64,000 nucleotides of DNA from Octopus sinensis (taxonomy: Eukaryota): positions 29,512,001 through 29,576,000 of the forward strand of contig NC_043005.1 in NCBI RefSeq assembly GCF_006345805.1, in the 5' to 3' direction. This document shows positions 25,008 through 38,190 of this stretch, in pieces. The first letter of the stretch is position 1, and every line of letters begins with the position of its first letter. Under the pieces are notes generated by a model. The model was not told the DNA's origin. It did not search any database and was given only the letters and a program-made list of their open reading frames with translations. The translations under genes were made by a program, and so were the position numbers.

Positions 25008-25194
25008 ATATATATATAATAGATAGATAGATTGATAACACATACACATGTATATATATTTATATGTACACACATATATGCTTGTCGGTGTGTTTGTGTG
25101 TATATGTATGTAATAGACAATATTGAATTTCTTGATCAGAATCCTCATCATTCTATGTCTGCTTTTCCATGCTGTTGGATGGAATAAAGATCCT

Positions 25195-25410
25195 TCTGGA
25201 CTCATAAGGTTAGTGTCCCAGTTTTTGTGGTAAATATATTCCTCCCCTGGATGGGATGTAAGCCTCTTGTAAGCCTCACTCTTGCCAGCTGAGTGGAATG
25301 GAGTAACATGAAATGAAGTGTTTTGCTCAAAAACACAACGCATCACCCAGTCCAGGAATTGAAACCACGATCTTTGGATCATGAGTCCAACACCCCTAAC
25401 TACTAAACCA
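25195..25410 (-). mobile_element. tRNA-headed SINE with TGTGT..TTGAGCAAAACACTTCA domain
   Basis: A/B-box-like head; relatives near 9140-9260, 19380-19490 and 54960-55110. Confidence 0.7.
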
Positions 25411-27239
25411 CATGACCCCACTGTCATCATTTGGGCAAATAGAGTTTACATTAGATGGAATGATGTATATATATATGAGTGTGTGTGTGTGTGTGTGTTT
25501 ACCTGCGTACACACGTACACACTTTAAAACAACTGAAATAGATCTAAATAAGTTTCTATCCCAAGACTTAGAAGATATGCACTCAAGATGGCATGCAGTG
25601 GGTTTGAACCGGAAACCCCTCTGTTTGGAAGCAAGCTACTTAAATATGCTGCCATGCTGGCTCCAATAGTTATAGACGATAAAATTCATTTAAAGTAATG
25701 AGACATTCCTTTAACTCTATTTCATAAGAATTTTATTAAATTTTTTAGTCTCCCACAGAATATTTGGAATAAAAACTGAAATGAAATTAGGATAAATGTT
25801 CATAAAATATTATTTTGTTAAGCAAGAAATAGGAAAGAAAAGTTGAGAGATCAGGAGAATATTATTAAATTTATTTAAGCAGCCTTAGTATGGTTTGAGT
25901 AATGCAAATTAATGACGAGGTATTTATTAACCTATGGGATATTAGAATTTAGTATAAAGTAATGAAAAGTTATAAGAAACAGGGGAGAAACATTCAGATG
26001 TCAGGGAAATATCATTAAATATTATTAAATTTGTTTAGCTTACACTGGTTTATGTTGAAGGCAAAAAAAAGTTACGATCAATAACCATACAAGAGTACTT
26101 GTTCAAGCAGAATTATGAGAGAGAGGAAGGGTAGACCTTTAGATGTTGGACAAATATCATTAAATATTTGTAGCCCGTCTTAATGTTGGTGTAAAAACGA
26201 ACAAATTGGAATAAATGGACATCTAAAAGTATTCATTAAAGTAGATGTTTAAAATTAAAGGAAGGAATTACATTAAATTATTGTGAAGCAGTTACTTTGT
26301 ATGCATTTAAGCTTACGGAATTTTGCTAGGAGGAATATATGCATAAACTTCTGGAGAAGTAAGTTCTAAAAGATGTTCAGTTAATAAAAGCTGATTGCTC
26401 AGGTGATAATAATATATACAACTGTGCATACATACAGGTAAAAGCATATGTGTGTGTTTGAAAGTGTGTGAATATGTGTGAATGTGTGTGTGTGTGTGTG
26501 TGTGTGTATCCAAAAGAAATCTTTGTTTATGTGTCCGTTTATCCCAATATATCTACATACAAATTACAAATACAAAGATATATAATAATAAAGAGTGTTG
26601 TGGGGGAGGGGGCAAAGTTTAAATATAATCTGCTTTATATATCACCATCATCATCACCACCACCACCTTCATTTTAACGTCCCTGTTTGCATGCTTGCAT
26701 GGGTCAGACAGAATTTGTTGAGGCAGATTTCCTGAGGTCAGATGCTCTTCTTGTTGCCAAGCATCACCTATTTTCAAGCAAAGCAATGTTTCCTTGTGGC
26801 TGGGTTTGGTTCTACAAAATTTTGGTAAGAAATGACACTGCTTGTATGAGAGTGGCACTTGTTTACATCTGTTACACAAACTCAAGGCAAGGAGACAGCA
26901 CACGCACACACTCATTTACGTAAGCGCATGCATGCACACACACACACACAGTTACATGCAATGGGCTTCTTTCAGTTTCTGTGTACTGAACTCACTCAAA
27001 AGGATGTGAAGTGGAGCTGAACCAGAGATTACTTGATCGGCAAGCAAGGTCCTTAACCACTTAGCTATACCTTGCCTTATCCATGCCAGCAACCATATAT
27101 GTATAAACATACACACACAGACACACACTCACACACACACACACACACCACACACACACACACATAGGGTAGCGAATATTCCCAGAAATATCACCACCAG
27201 TGGCCTAGTATGCTTAAATAGTCAATAGACAACATATTG

Positions 27240-27469
27240 TCAATATAAAATAGTGTACATTTAAACACAAAATAAAAACTTTTTCCTTTATTTGCTAAAG
27301 AAATTTGAAACCTAGGTATAACCGCAAAAAATATGGTAAAAGTTTTATTTTTCATTCCCTTTGAAAATTGGTATCACATGTGGTTTTGGTCATTTTGACT
27401 TCTAGCATGTAAAAATTACCTGTTAAAGGTAGTTTTCTCTTGTGATTAATGTACACTATTTTATATTGA
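27240..27469. mobile_element. MITE with 22-bp perfect terminal inverted repeats
   Basis: TCAATATAAAATAGTGTACATT and AATGTACACTATTTTATATTGA. Confidence 0.75.
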
Positions 27470-27610
27470 GTGTATATATGCATATATATATATATATATA
27501 TATATATAGGGCTTCTTTCAGTGTCCATCTACCAGATACACTCACAAGGCTTTGGTTGGCCTGAGGCTTTAGTAGAAGACAACTGCCCTCTATTTAACCA
27601 TCTCACATCA

Positions 27611-27657
27611 TCTCTGATGTGGGGATATCCCTAATATGCCAGAAACAGTTGTAAGAC
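27611..27657 (+). ncRNA. Hammerhead-like motif, family B (A9U variant)
   Basis: UCU/AGA stem I; CUGAUGU; GAAA; ACAGUUGU; GUA; downstream CAGCCTTGG...TCTCATT shared with the 2845-3300 element. Confidence 0.55.
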
Positions 27658-27763
27658 TAACTTTCTCTTTATGAATATACTGAAAATTCCACACAGCCTT
27701 GGCTTTGTTGTCTCATTTTATTTAATATATATACCTGTATGTATGCATGTATGTATGTATGTA

Positions 27764-27800
<37 letters not shown>

Positions 27801-27936
27801 CAAGAGAGAGAGAGAGAGATAATTGTAGAGGGTACAATTATATATCTCTATATATGTATTTTACCCAAAAAGGTTTTCATACGCTGCCCACTGATAAAAT
27901 TCATTAATTTTAATGACTTTATCCTGTAATTATGAT

Positions 27937-27983
<47 letters not shown>

Positions 27984-28234
27984 ATGTTATATTTGATGTA
28001 TGGTATATAATGTATATTATAAATAAAAGATTTGATATAGTCATATTCATTTAAGTTGACCGTTGAAAGTAGCGATAACTGAAATTTCACACTCAACAGA
28101 CATTCTTTGCGTGGCATTTCATTGAAATGTCACCAGAAGATTGGTTGCAATAATGACAACTTTATAGAAAATGATGATGATGATGATATATACATATATA
28201 CATACATACATGCATGCATACATACATACATACA

Positions 28235-28270
<36 letters not shown>

Positions 28271-28373
28271 TATGCATCTTTTAAGGCCCTCATGCTTTCC
28301 GAAATCCGCCGAAACTACACCTGATTATATATACACTTTAGATGAGTTGTAGTGCACCTGAGCACTGTACACA

Positions 28374-28460
<87 letters not shown>

Positions 28461-28472
28461 TGTATATATATA

Positions 28473-28507
<35 letters not shown>

Positions 28508-28659
28508 GTCTCTGTATATATATATATATATCATATATATCTGTATATATATATTATAATATATATATATATATATATATCTATATATATAATATATATA
28601 GGTATATATATACACACATACATACACATATATATATATGTATGTTTGTATATATATGT

Positions 28660-28860
28660 TGATTCGTTAGCTACTGCACGCATTTTTTTCTCTCCTTCTT
28701 TCTGTGTTTTTCTCTCTCTGTGTATCTTTCTGTTGAAGAGCGTAGGCTCGAAACGTTAAAGACTTGTTTTATTTATATTTCCTGAGTGCCATACTAATAC
28801 AATTGTTCGTTTGTTTTCCACCTGCCTTCGTCTTTTGTTTATTTTCATAAAGCTTCCGTT
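28660..28860 (+). mobile_element. Short hammerhead-bearing element, family D (motif 28725-28762)
   Basis: UCUUU/AAAGA stem I; CUGUUGA plus A; GAGC/GCUC stem II; GAAA; ACGU; GUU; ends in (TA)n. Confidence 0.75.
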
Positions 28861-28919
28861 ATATATATATATATATATACATATATATTACACACATACA
28901 TACACACATATATATATAT

Positions 28920-28960
<41 letters not shown>

Positions 28961-30203
28961 TGTGTGTGTGTGTGTGTGTATGTATATATTATATATTATA
29001 TATATATATTTAAATGCACATATATGCAAATATTTGCACATGTATACAGACTCATGTATATCTTATCTGTGTGTGTAACTATGTGATGACCGAAACATTG
29101 AAAAAGTGGAATATAAATCTTCATGTATATGTATATATATGTATACATATATAACATATATATACATCTGTGTGTGTGTGTATGTCTATATACACACATT
29201 TGTATATACACATATGATCATTCCTATCATGATTTGTGTCTACTGGCATCAGCTGGTTGGATCAACAGAATCTAACTTATTGGCAGACCCAGTCTCACTC
29301 TAATCTCTCAATTTTGCTGTGGTTTCTATGGCTGTTTGTCCTTCCTGCCATCATCCACTTTATATAATGTAACTGGGTACTTTTAGCATAGCACCTGCAC
29401 TGGTGAGGTTGCCTTGTAACTTGTTAGACAAAAGTGGTCTTACATCGAAGAGGAAGAGTAGGAGCAAAGGTGACAATTTTAGGTGAGGAATTTGAGAAGC
29501 AAAAGTAGGATTGGAAGAAAAGGTTGACTGTTGGCAGCAGGTGTTAGTGAAGAGACTAAAAGACAGTGTTGGAGAAGAGAGTGATAAAAGGGAAAGGGAA
29601 AGAATAGTGTCAGGGGTTTTTTAGTGTGTGTCAGAGAGTGGTATGGATGAGAGTAAAGTGGACCAAGTAATTTGGATTAACCCCTTAATATGTATGGGTA
29701 GGTAGGATAATTGGAGTGGTGGTGTCTTATTCTCCTTCCCATACTATCTTGTAAACCACTCACCCACCTACCCCCTTCTACTTAGCTTGTGCCATGTGGT
29801 TCCACCTAGACTCCTCATCACCTTTATCTCTTGCAGTTTCTACTGATTATTATTTCTTTCTCTCTCTCACTTTTTCCCCTTCTAGATGTGATCATCCATG
29901 CAGATCCCTCTCAGGAACCTACTTGTCCCTGCCTCATAGTATTTCCCTCATCCCTTAGCATGAAGCTGCACCCACATCTCCCATAGGATTTCTATCCCTG
30001 CAAACTGCAGGGTAACCTCACTAGTGCAGGTGGAATGATAAAAACACTTAGTCTATGCTGTAAAGGGATTGGCTTTAGGAGGGACATCTTACCATAAAAA
30101 CCATGCTGAAGCAGAGGCTTGATGCAATCTTTGCAGCCATTGCATCTGGTCAAACTCTACAACTCACGACAGCATATAATGTAGATGTTAAATGATTATG
30201 ATG

Positions 30204-30241
<38 letters not shown>

Positions 30242-30244
<3 letters not shown>

Positions 30245-30692
30245 CAATAGTAAATCTCTGGACGAGGTATAAACAGTAACTGCACGACAATGTGAAGTAT
30301 ATTTGTCACTTAAATGTGGCTAACCACTAAGGGTGGATGTTACTGTAGCTTGTAGCCCCAGCTGGCTATTGACACACTTTCTGTGCCCTATCGGTATTTG
30401 CAAAGGGAAGCCATCCTTCCCATCGTTGACCTGACGCGATACGCACAGACCCGGGTTTCTGGATATTTACCCATCATCAGCACATGGCAATCACCGGTCT
30501 TCGATGTGAAGGGGTCCCAATGCAAATACATATATCCTTTTTCCAGTGACTTTTCGTCACTGATCTCGAAAAAGTGTAAACAAGCAATAATAAATCTCTG
30601 AATGAGGTATAAACATTTAGATGTCAAATATATTTCACATTGTCGTGCAATTACTGTTTATACCTTCACATTGTCGTGCAGTTACTGTTTAT
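30242..30692 (-). mobile_element. Penelope pLTR-like element, family C, with direct and inverted terminal segments; hammerhead 30443-30485
   Basis: CUGAUGA; UGGGU/AUCCA; GAAA; palindrome ACCCGGGU; GUC. Direct repeat at 30242/30581; inverted copies at ~30634 and ~30665. Confidence 0.7.
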
Positions 30693-30719
30693 AACTGTGG
30701 CCTATGCCAGTGCAGCATA

Positions 30720-31045
30720 ACTGGCCCACTTAAGAGTACTCTTCAATCATTGCACAATAAACTGTGCTTGACTCAAGTGAAGTCATTGTTGTGGCCTATG
30801 CCAGTGCTGCTTGACTAGTCCTGTACCAGTGGCATGTAAAAAGCAGTGTGGTCATTGACAGTGCTGCCTGATTGGCTCCTGTACCGGTGGTACGTAAAAA
30901 GTACCATTCAAGGGTGGTCAACGCCAGTACCGCTTGACTGGCCCTTGTGCCAGTAGCACATAAAAAGTACCCACTACACTCTCAGTCAAACTGTCCAACC
31001 CATGCCAGCATGGAAAGCAGACGTTAAACAACGATGATGATGGTG
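30720..31045 (+). mobile_element. RTE-tail element copy
   Basis: Internal subrepeats and CATGCCAGCATGGAAAGC..GATGATGAT tail. Confidence 0.75.
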
Positions 31046-31615
31046 ATATATTTACTTACGCTCACTGTCTGTGTTTTCAGGTTATAAACTCTGTGATTTT
31101 CATGAAAACAGTCCATTGTGGAGATGAAGTATTCCAGTCAATTTCCTCTTAAACTCAGACTCAAGTGCCTAAAATTAATTTTTTGCAGTTCATTTCTGTT
31201 CTCTGGGACCTGAAGATCCAAAAATGTTGTTAAAAATATTTTCCAGGCATCTATGAAAGTGAAGCAATTCATAAATAACCTCAATACATATGCTCACTCA
31301 CTCACTCACACAGACATAAATGTTGATAAAGAAAGAAACCATGTTTAATTTATGGCCTGTTGGAGAGAGAAAATCCCCCTCTGTCTCCTCTTCCTCCTTC
31401 TCTGCGTCTACCATACAGTTACACCCATGCATACACAAACACACACACACACCAGCAGACAATCAGTGTCATATTTTTCATTTATTTATTATTTATTGGA
31501 ATGCTAAAATCTTTGTAGGGTTAGTTGAAGGAGGAAGAGGGTGTAGTGACTATAGCAGACTGACATATCAATCTTACCAAATCAATTTTATTGATATAGA
31601 TTACAGTACATGTGG

Positions 31616-32359
31616 ACAGGCTGAAAGGCTTCCTCATGCTCAGACATCTCAGTTTTGGCAAGGTTTCTACACCTGGATGCCTTTCCAAACACCAACCATT
31701 TTACAGAGTGAGATAGGTGTGTTTTATTACAGCAGCACTAGGGAGATGTTACCTTCTACCATGAAGTGTTATAGAAATCCAATCGTTGCTATTCTTAGGA
31801 GAATCAAAGAGAGGTCAGTTGATGACTTAAGCTGAGCTTAAGGTGAGGTGTTGGCGGAAATGAACAGGCTGAAAGGCTTTTTCATATTCAGACATCTCAG
31901 TTTTGGCAAGGTTTCTACACCTGGATGCCCTTCCAGACACCAACCATTTTACAGAGTGAGATAGGTGTGTTTTATTACAGCAGCACTAGAGAGATGTTAC
32001 CTTCTACCATGAAGTGTTATAGAAATCCAATCGTTGCTATTCTTAGGAGAATCAAAGAGAGGTCAGTTGATGACTTAAGCTGAGCTTAAGGTGAGGTGTT
32101 GGCGGAAATGAACAGGCTGAAAGGCTTTCTCATATTCAGACATCTCAGTTTTGGCAAGATTTCTACACCTGGATGCCCTTCCAGACACCAACCATTTTAC
32201 AGAGTGAGATAGGTGTGTTTTATTACAGCAGCACTAGAGAGATGTTACCTTCTACCATGAAGTGTTATAGAAACCCAATCGTTGTTATTCTTAGGAGAAT
32301 CAAAGAGAAGTCAGTTGATGACTTAAGCTGAGCTTAAGGTGAGGTGTTGGCGGAAATGA
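31616..32359. repeat. Three tandem 248-bp units derived from an RTE-tail element fragment
   Basis: ACAGGCTGAAAGGCTT at 31616, 31864 and 32112. Confidence 0.9.
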
Positions 32360-32613
32360 AGGTATGATGGTGAGGAAACAGATTTATTGCTGTTGGAAGG
32401 TAAACCGTCATTTCAGAATCACATTTTTGTGGGGAAAATCAATAAATATTTATTCAACTAAAACGGTATTGAGTAATACTTCAGTTTAAGATAAAACTGG
32501 TTTCATGTGTAACTTTACATGAAAACAAAGTTATATATGTGTGTGTATGCATATATATATGTATGCAAGGATCTATGTATGTGTGTATGTATGCATGTAT
32601 GTATGTACGTACG

Positions 32614-32645
<32 letters not shown>

Positions 32646-32688
32646 ATGCCCATATTTTTAGTTTTAGTCTTCCTGTTTGCATCACTGA

Positions 32689-32742
<54 letters not shown>

Positions 32743-32774
32743 ATTATTATTAAGCTGCAAAAATATCAATCTAT

Positions 32775-32815
32775 ACTGTCTGATGAACAGGAACATGAAA
32801 CTCTTGAGTAGTAGT
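32775..32815 (+). ncRNA. Degenerate hammerhead-like motif, family G
   Basis: CUGAUGA; poor stem II; GAAA; ACUC-UU-GAGU; GUA; ACUGU/GUAGU stem I extended by flanking inverted repeats. Confidence 0.45.
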
Positions 32816-32864
32816 TTATTGTGATATTTTTGTGATGTTTTTTTGCAGCTGTATACAAGTATAA

Positions 32865-32915
<51 letters not shown>

Positions 32916-32932
32916 CACACATATATTTAAAT

Positions 32933-32963
<31 letters not shown>

Positions 32964-32991
32964 CATCTATCTATCTATCTATCTATCTATT

Positions 32992-33041
<50 letters not shown>

Positions 33042-33065
33042 CATACACACATATATTTACATATG

Positions 33066-33110
<45 letters not shown>

Positions 33111-33138
33111 ACATATATACATAACATATATCTATCTA

Positions 33139-33248
<110 letters not shown>

Positions 33249-33864
33249 TGTATGTATATGTATGTGGTTGAATGTCTTGCATCGACATTGTCATCACCTT
33301 TGATGAGCTGTCATATGCAAGTAAACAAAAACATATATGTATACAAGCACCTGTGTCAGTGCCACATAAACAGACCCAGCACACTCTGTAAAGTGGTTGG
33401 TGTTAGGAAGAGCATCCAGCCGTAGAAACCATGCCACTACAGACAAATGGAGCACACTCCAGCTGACAAGCTTCTTTCAAACTGTCCAACCCATGCCAGC
33501 ATGGACAACGGATGTTAAAAGATGATGATGTTGATGGTAATGATATGTACATATATATGTTTTTCTTTCAAGAAAAATTTCAAATAAATAATACTCTTTT
33601 TGTTTAGTTTTTGTAATATCATGACCTCTTTTATCAAAAGAGAAGCAGTACTTCATGGTTTCCAGGGCTCCTTGAAAGGGAGAGCCCCTACCTCGCAAAG
33701 GAGGAGGAGGTGTTTTTCTAAGTCAGAAATAGAAATATTTTATGGCCCAATTATTGCAATACTTGAAATGCCATTCAACCGATAAATATACAAGTTCAAT
33801 AACTTACAAAATATTTTTCCTTAGAAATATATGTTTGCAATGACAATTCCTTGGCACAGACTCT

Positions 33865-33915
33865 TTTGGTGCATTGCCTGAAGTATCCAATGGATACTTC
33901 AGGCAATGTACCAAA
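33865..33915. other. Near-perfect 51-bp palindrome
   Basis: TTTGGTGCATTGCCTGAAGTATCCA-A-TGGATACTTCAGGCAATGTACCAAA; one G.T pair. Confidence 0.85.
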
Positions 33916-34429
33916 TGCATGACATAGAGCTTCATTTAGCTTCTATTCACAACAGAACCAGGACAAAGTCAAATGCAGTGAAGAAACCCATAATTTCACA
34001 GAAAGTTATAGTGCCATGTGTATTTGCTGTTAATCATTCCGTCTCTCTTTTCTATGAAAGCCTGATACACCTGAGTGGTTAATAATCATATTGTACTCAG
34101 GTTAATTAGGAATGGAATTAAATAAAGATCCCGGTTGCAACATTTTGAGATGTGTTCAACTTCAATAATGACAGCCTCACACTGGATGTTGAATCTATTG
34201 CTGTTGGCTGACATCAATGGTGATAAAGATCTGGTCTGAAGTGAAGGATTTTGCAGAAAACAAATAAAAGTATGCAAAAAATCATCATCATCATCATCGT
34301 TTAATGTCTGCTTTCCATGCTGGCATGGGTTAGACAGTTTGATTGAGGACTGGCGAATGAGATGACTGCACAAGGCTCCAATCTGATCTGGCAGAGTTTC
34401 TACAGCTGGATGCCCTCCCTAACACCAAA

Positions 34430-34660
34430 AAGAAAAATAGGGAAAGATAACACCTTCTTAAATAGTGTCACCCTTTATTCAGCATGTGACAAGACTGGCC
34501 TTTCTAAGGCTGGCTTGACCTCACATCTCAGGACTTACAATACATTTGGCCCAAGTAGCACAAAGATCATCCCAGCAGACAAGCTCATATCCCATATTTG
34601 TAATAAGACATGCAATTCCTGCACTGGCCTGAAAAGGTATCTAAAAGGCATTTAAACCAG
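34430..34660 (+). pseudogene. Degenerate tandem C2H2-like zinc fingers, probably an RTE ORF C-terminus
   Basis: ACDKTGLSKAGLTSHLRTY and HICNKTCNSCTGLKRYLKGI. Confidence 0.5.
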
Positions 34661-35142
34661 ACAGGGCAAACTACACTGTGCCACTTGAGATGAGACTTAT
34701 TTTCAACTATTTGTGATGCAAATTTCAAACAGCTCTTGCAACTCAAAAGTCAATTATGTGCTCATACACGGAAGAAGCACATCGAACAAGAAGTGGTCAA
34801 ACACTCAGAGAGCAAACTGCCTCTGTATCATCATCATCATCATCGTTTAATGTCTGCCTACATATATATATATATATATACACACACAATGTGTATGTAT
34901 ATACATACATGCATAAAGCGTATACTTTCTGGATTGGCATGGCAACAATGTCAATATGGTATTTCGTCATTTCCTTTTATTGTAGGTTATTGAAATGTGA
35001 GTAATATTTTAAGAAGTAAGACACAGACAAGTATATCAGTTACAAATTATATATGCATTGTGCTTGAAATATTAAATTCACAACAGCTTTGCTCACTGAT
35101 TCTGTGCTTTATTTTGTGTAGATATTCATCTTCAAGTCTCTA

Positions 35143-35194
<52 letters not shown>

Positions 35195-35368
35195 TGCACA
35201 CTCTCTCTCTATACATATATATGCATATATGCACACTCTGTAAAGAGATACCATGCCAATACAGACTGGAGTCTGGTGCAGCTCCCCAGGTCAAATTCTG
35301 GTCAAACAGTCCAACTCATGCCAGCATGGACAATGGCTGTTAAAGGATGATGATGATGATGATGATGA

Positions 35369-35430
<62 letters not shown>

Positions 35431-35555
35431 ATAATAAGAGTAAATAATTTCTATAAAGGCTTTTAAAAAAACCCCAATTATTTACTGGTAGAATTCGGTA
35501 TGTAACTATAGCCGATTACCGGCAGGAACTTCTGTAAAGTTCAGTATATATATTG

Positions 35556-35691
35556 TATATAAGAAAAAGGGACAGGCAACAGGTTGCTTGACCGCATACC
35601 GAAAAAATAGAAATAAGCATTCTTGACTGCTATTTCTATTTTTTCGGTATGCGGTCAAGCAACCTGTTTGCCTGTCCCTTTTTCTTATATA
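35556..35691. other. Foldback with ~60-bp arms and 15-nt loop
   Basis: Arms 35556-35615 and 35631-35691 are complementary except for one indel. Confidence 0.9.
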
Positions 35692-35699
35692 TATATATA

Positions 35700-35885
35700 G
35701 AGAATTTACAGAAATACAAAAGACGAAGACAGGTGGTGTAGACAACAAACAGATCTATTAGTTTAATGCTCAGGAAGTGAAAAAGTCTTTAACATTTCGA
35801 GCCTACACTCTTCCACAGGAAGGAACACAGAAATAAACAGGGAGAGAAAATAGAAAAAGGTTCAGTGGCTAGCAATCTACCATGG
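35700..35885 (-). mobile_element. Family D hammerhead element (motif 35786-35823)
   Basis: CUGUGGA-A-GAGU..GCUC-GAAA-UGU-U-AAAGA. Confidence 0.7.
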
Positions 35886-35907
35886 AAAAAGTTTATATAT
35901 ATATGTA

Positions 35908-36312
35908 TGAGTGGCTGTGTGGTAAGTAGCTTGTTTACCAACCACATGGTTCCGGGTTCAGTCCCGCTGCGTGGCACCTTGGGGAAGTGTCTTCTACTAT
36001 AGCCTCGGGCTGACCAAAGTCTTGTGAGTGGATTTGGTAGATGGAAACTGAAAGAAGCCCGTCGTATATATGTATATATATATATATGTATGTGTGTGTG
36101 TTTGTGTGTCTGTGTTTGTCCCCCTAGCATTGCTTGACAACTGATGCTGGTGTGTTTATGTCCCCGTTACGTAGCAGTTCGGCAAAAGAGACCGATAGAA
36201 TAAGTACTGGGCTTACAAAAGAATAAGTCCCAGGGTCGAGTTGTTCGATTAAAGGCGGTGCTCCAGCATGGCCGCAGTCAAATGACTGAAACAAGTAAAA
36301 GAGTAAAAGAGT
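35908..36312 (+). mobile_element. Full-length CORE-type tRNA SINE (OR-like)
   Basis: Head TGGCTGTGTGGTAAG...GGGTTCAGTCCC; CORE-like CACCTTGGGGAAGTGTCTTC; internal (TA/TG)n; tail GGCGGTGCTCCAGCATGGCCGCAGTCAAATGACTGAAACA plus (GTAAAAGA)n. Confidence 0.9.
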
Positions 36313-36320
36313 AATATATA

Positions 36321-36546
36321 CAGGCTGACCCAAAAGTAGGTCTACAATTATTCAACTCTCTTTCGCATTCATATATTAACAGTTTAGATCTTAATTATGT
36401 AAAAATATGAAACCATTATTCTCTGCTAATTTAGTTAATTTTGTCAAGCTCCCTTTGTAAGATAGAAATTTAAATGTAATAAAATGTTGTAAAAGAAATT
36501 TGAAGTGCCTACATGATAACAGTAAACCTACTATTGGGCCACCCTG
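36321..36546. mobile_element. Tc1/mariner-type MITE
   Basis: TA-CAGGCTGACCCAAAAGTAGG ... CCTACTATTGGGCCACCCTG-TA; imperfect TIRs with TA target duplication. Confidence 0.85.
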
Positions 36547-36591
<45 letters not shown>

Positions 36592-37174
36592 GTATGTGTG
36601 TATATGCATATGATGTATGTATGTGTGGCACTGTCATATCTGTGCAGTAAGAAGTTTGCTTCTCAACCACATGGTTAATAGTTCAGTTCCACAGCTTGAC
36701 ACCTTGGGAAATTATCTACTACTATAACACTGGACCAACGAAACCCTAATGAATGGATTTGGTGGATAGAAACTGGAAGTAGTCCATTGCATGTGTATGG
36801 GTATATATATGTTTGATGATACACCATAAAGTTAAACCCCTTATGGATGGGAAACCCAGGGTAACCCCCATAAACTGGCCTTCACCAAAAAAAATATATA
36901 TATATACATGTATGTATGTTTTTTGTGTGTGCGTTATTGTCCCCATGTCTGGTGAGTGAGTGTCATCCATCATGCAAGGTGTGTCCTTTATTTCCAGTCT
37001 TCCATGAAAAAAGGTGAAGGTTAGTGACAGGGAGGGCACCCACTTATATAAAATCTGCCTTTACAAATCCCACCTGACTGAGGCAACGATGGAAAAGGGG
37101 ATGTTAAAATGAGGATAGATACATACATGCATGTGTGTGTATGTATAAATACACACTCATACGCCCTCATACAG

Positions 37175-37219
<45 letters not shown>

Positions 37220-37223
37220 TATA

Positions 37224-37265
<42 letters not shown>

Positions 37266-38009
37266 TATATATATATCTATATTTATACACATACATACAT
37301 CTTGTGGATTAACTTGACAACAGTATATAACAATGTTTTGTTTCTTACTTATGCATGTGTGTGTGTTTGTTTGTTTGTGTGTGTGTGTGTGTGTGTGTAT
37401 GTGTGTGTGTATTAAATTATTTCAACTTCCTTCAGTATTTGATGCAATATATTTACAGATATTAAGGTTCATTTGTTGCCATAGTTACGCCAAAGACTGG
37501 CAAAGAGAGAGAATGGTTATTCTTTACAATTCACTGATTCCAGACAGATCCGTTATCAGTAATCTTGTTACTGTTAGTATTAAACATAATTTTAGGGATG
37601 GTGGTGGTGGTAGTAGTGGTGTCGGGGTGGGTGGGGGTTGGATGGCCAAGGTTTGTGCGTTTGGTCAATATATGGAATATGTTTATCATTAGATGCATCC
37701 ATATTATTACGAGAGAAGTGGCAAGGGAGATGATGCGAATGTAATGATGGAGACTGTGTATTATATAATAACAGAAGAGTCTTAAGAGATTCAGATACAA
37801 TGCTTCACAGCATTTGTTGCAGTGCATTGGGATCTGAGTTCAATCTCAGCTAAGATCAACTTTGCATATTAATCATTTTGGGGTTGATAAAAAAACTACC
37901 AATCCAAGATGATGGACTGGCAAAACTGTATGAATGTGGTATTTGTTACAACTCTCTCTCTCTCTCATTGTTCTATGTTCAAATCTTTCTCTGATTTAGT
38001 TGGACTTTA

Positions 38010-38190
38010 TAAAAAAAAACAGCAAAAGATGAAGATGGGTGTATAAACAACAAACAGGTATATTAGATTAACACTTGGAAAGATGAGAAAGTCTTTTATG
38101 TTTCAAGCCTATACTCTTCAACAGAAAGGAACATGAGCAAATAAACAGAGATAGAATTAAAAAAAAGATTTAGTGGCGAGCGATAAATCA
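38010..38190 (-). mobile_element. Family D hammerhead element (motif 38092-38129)
   Basis: CUGUUGA-A-GAGU..GCUU-GAAA-CAU-A-AAAGA. Confidence 0.6.

Noticed and set aside
31825-31860. TTGATGA-CTTAAGC/GCTTAAG as a hammerhead
   Set aside because: No GAAA, helix III or NUH triplet follows stem II.
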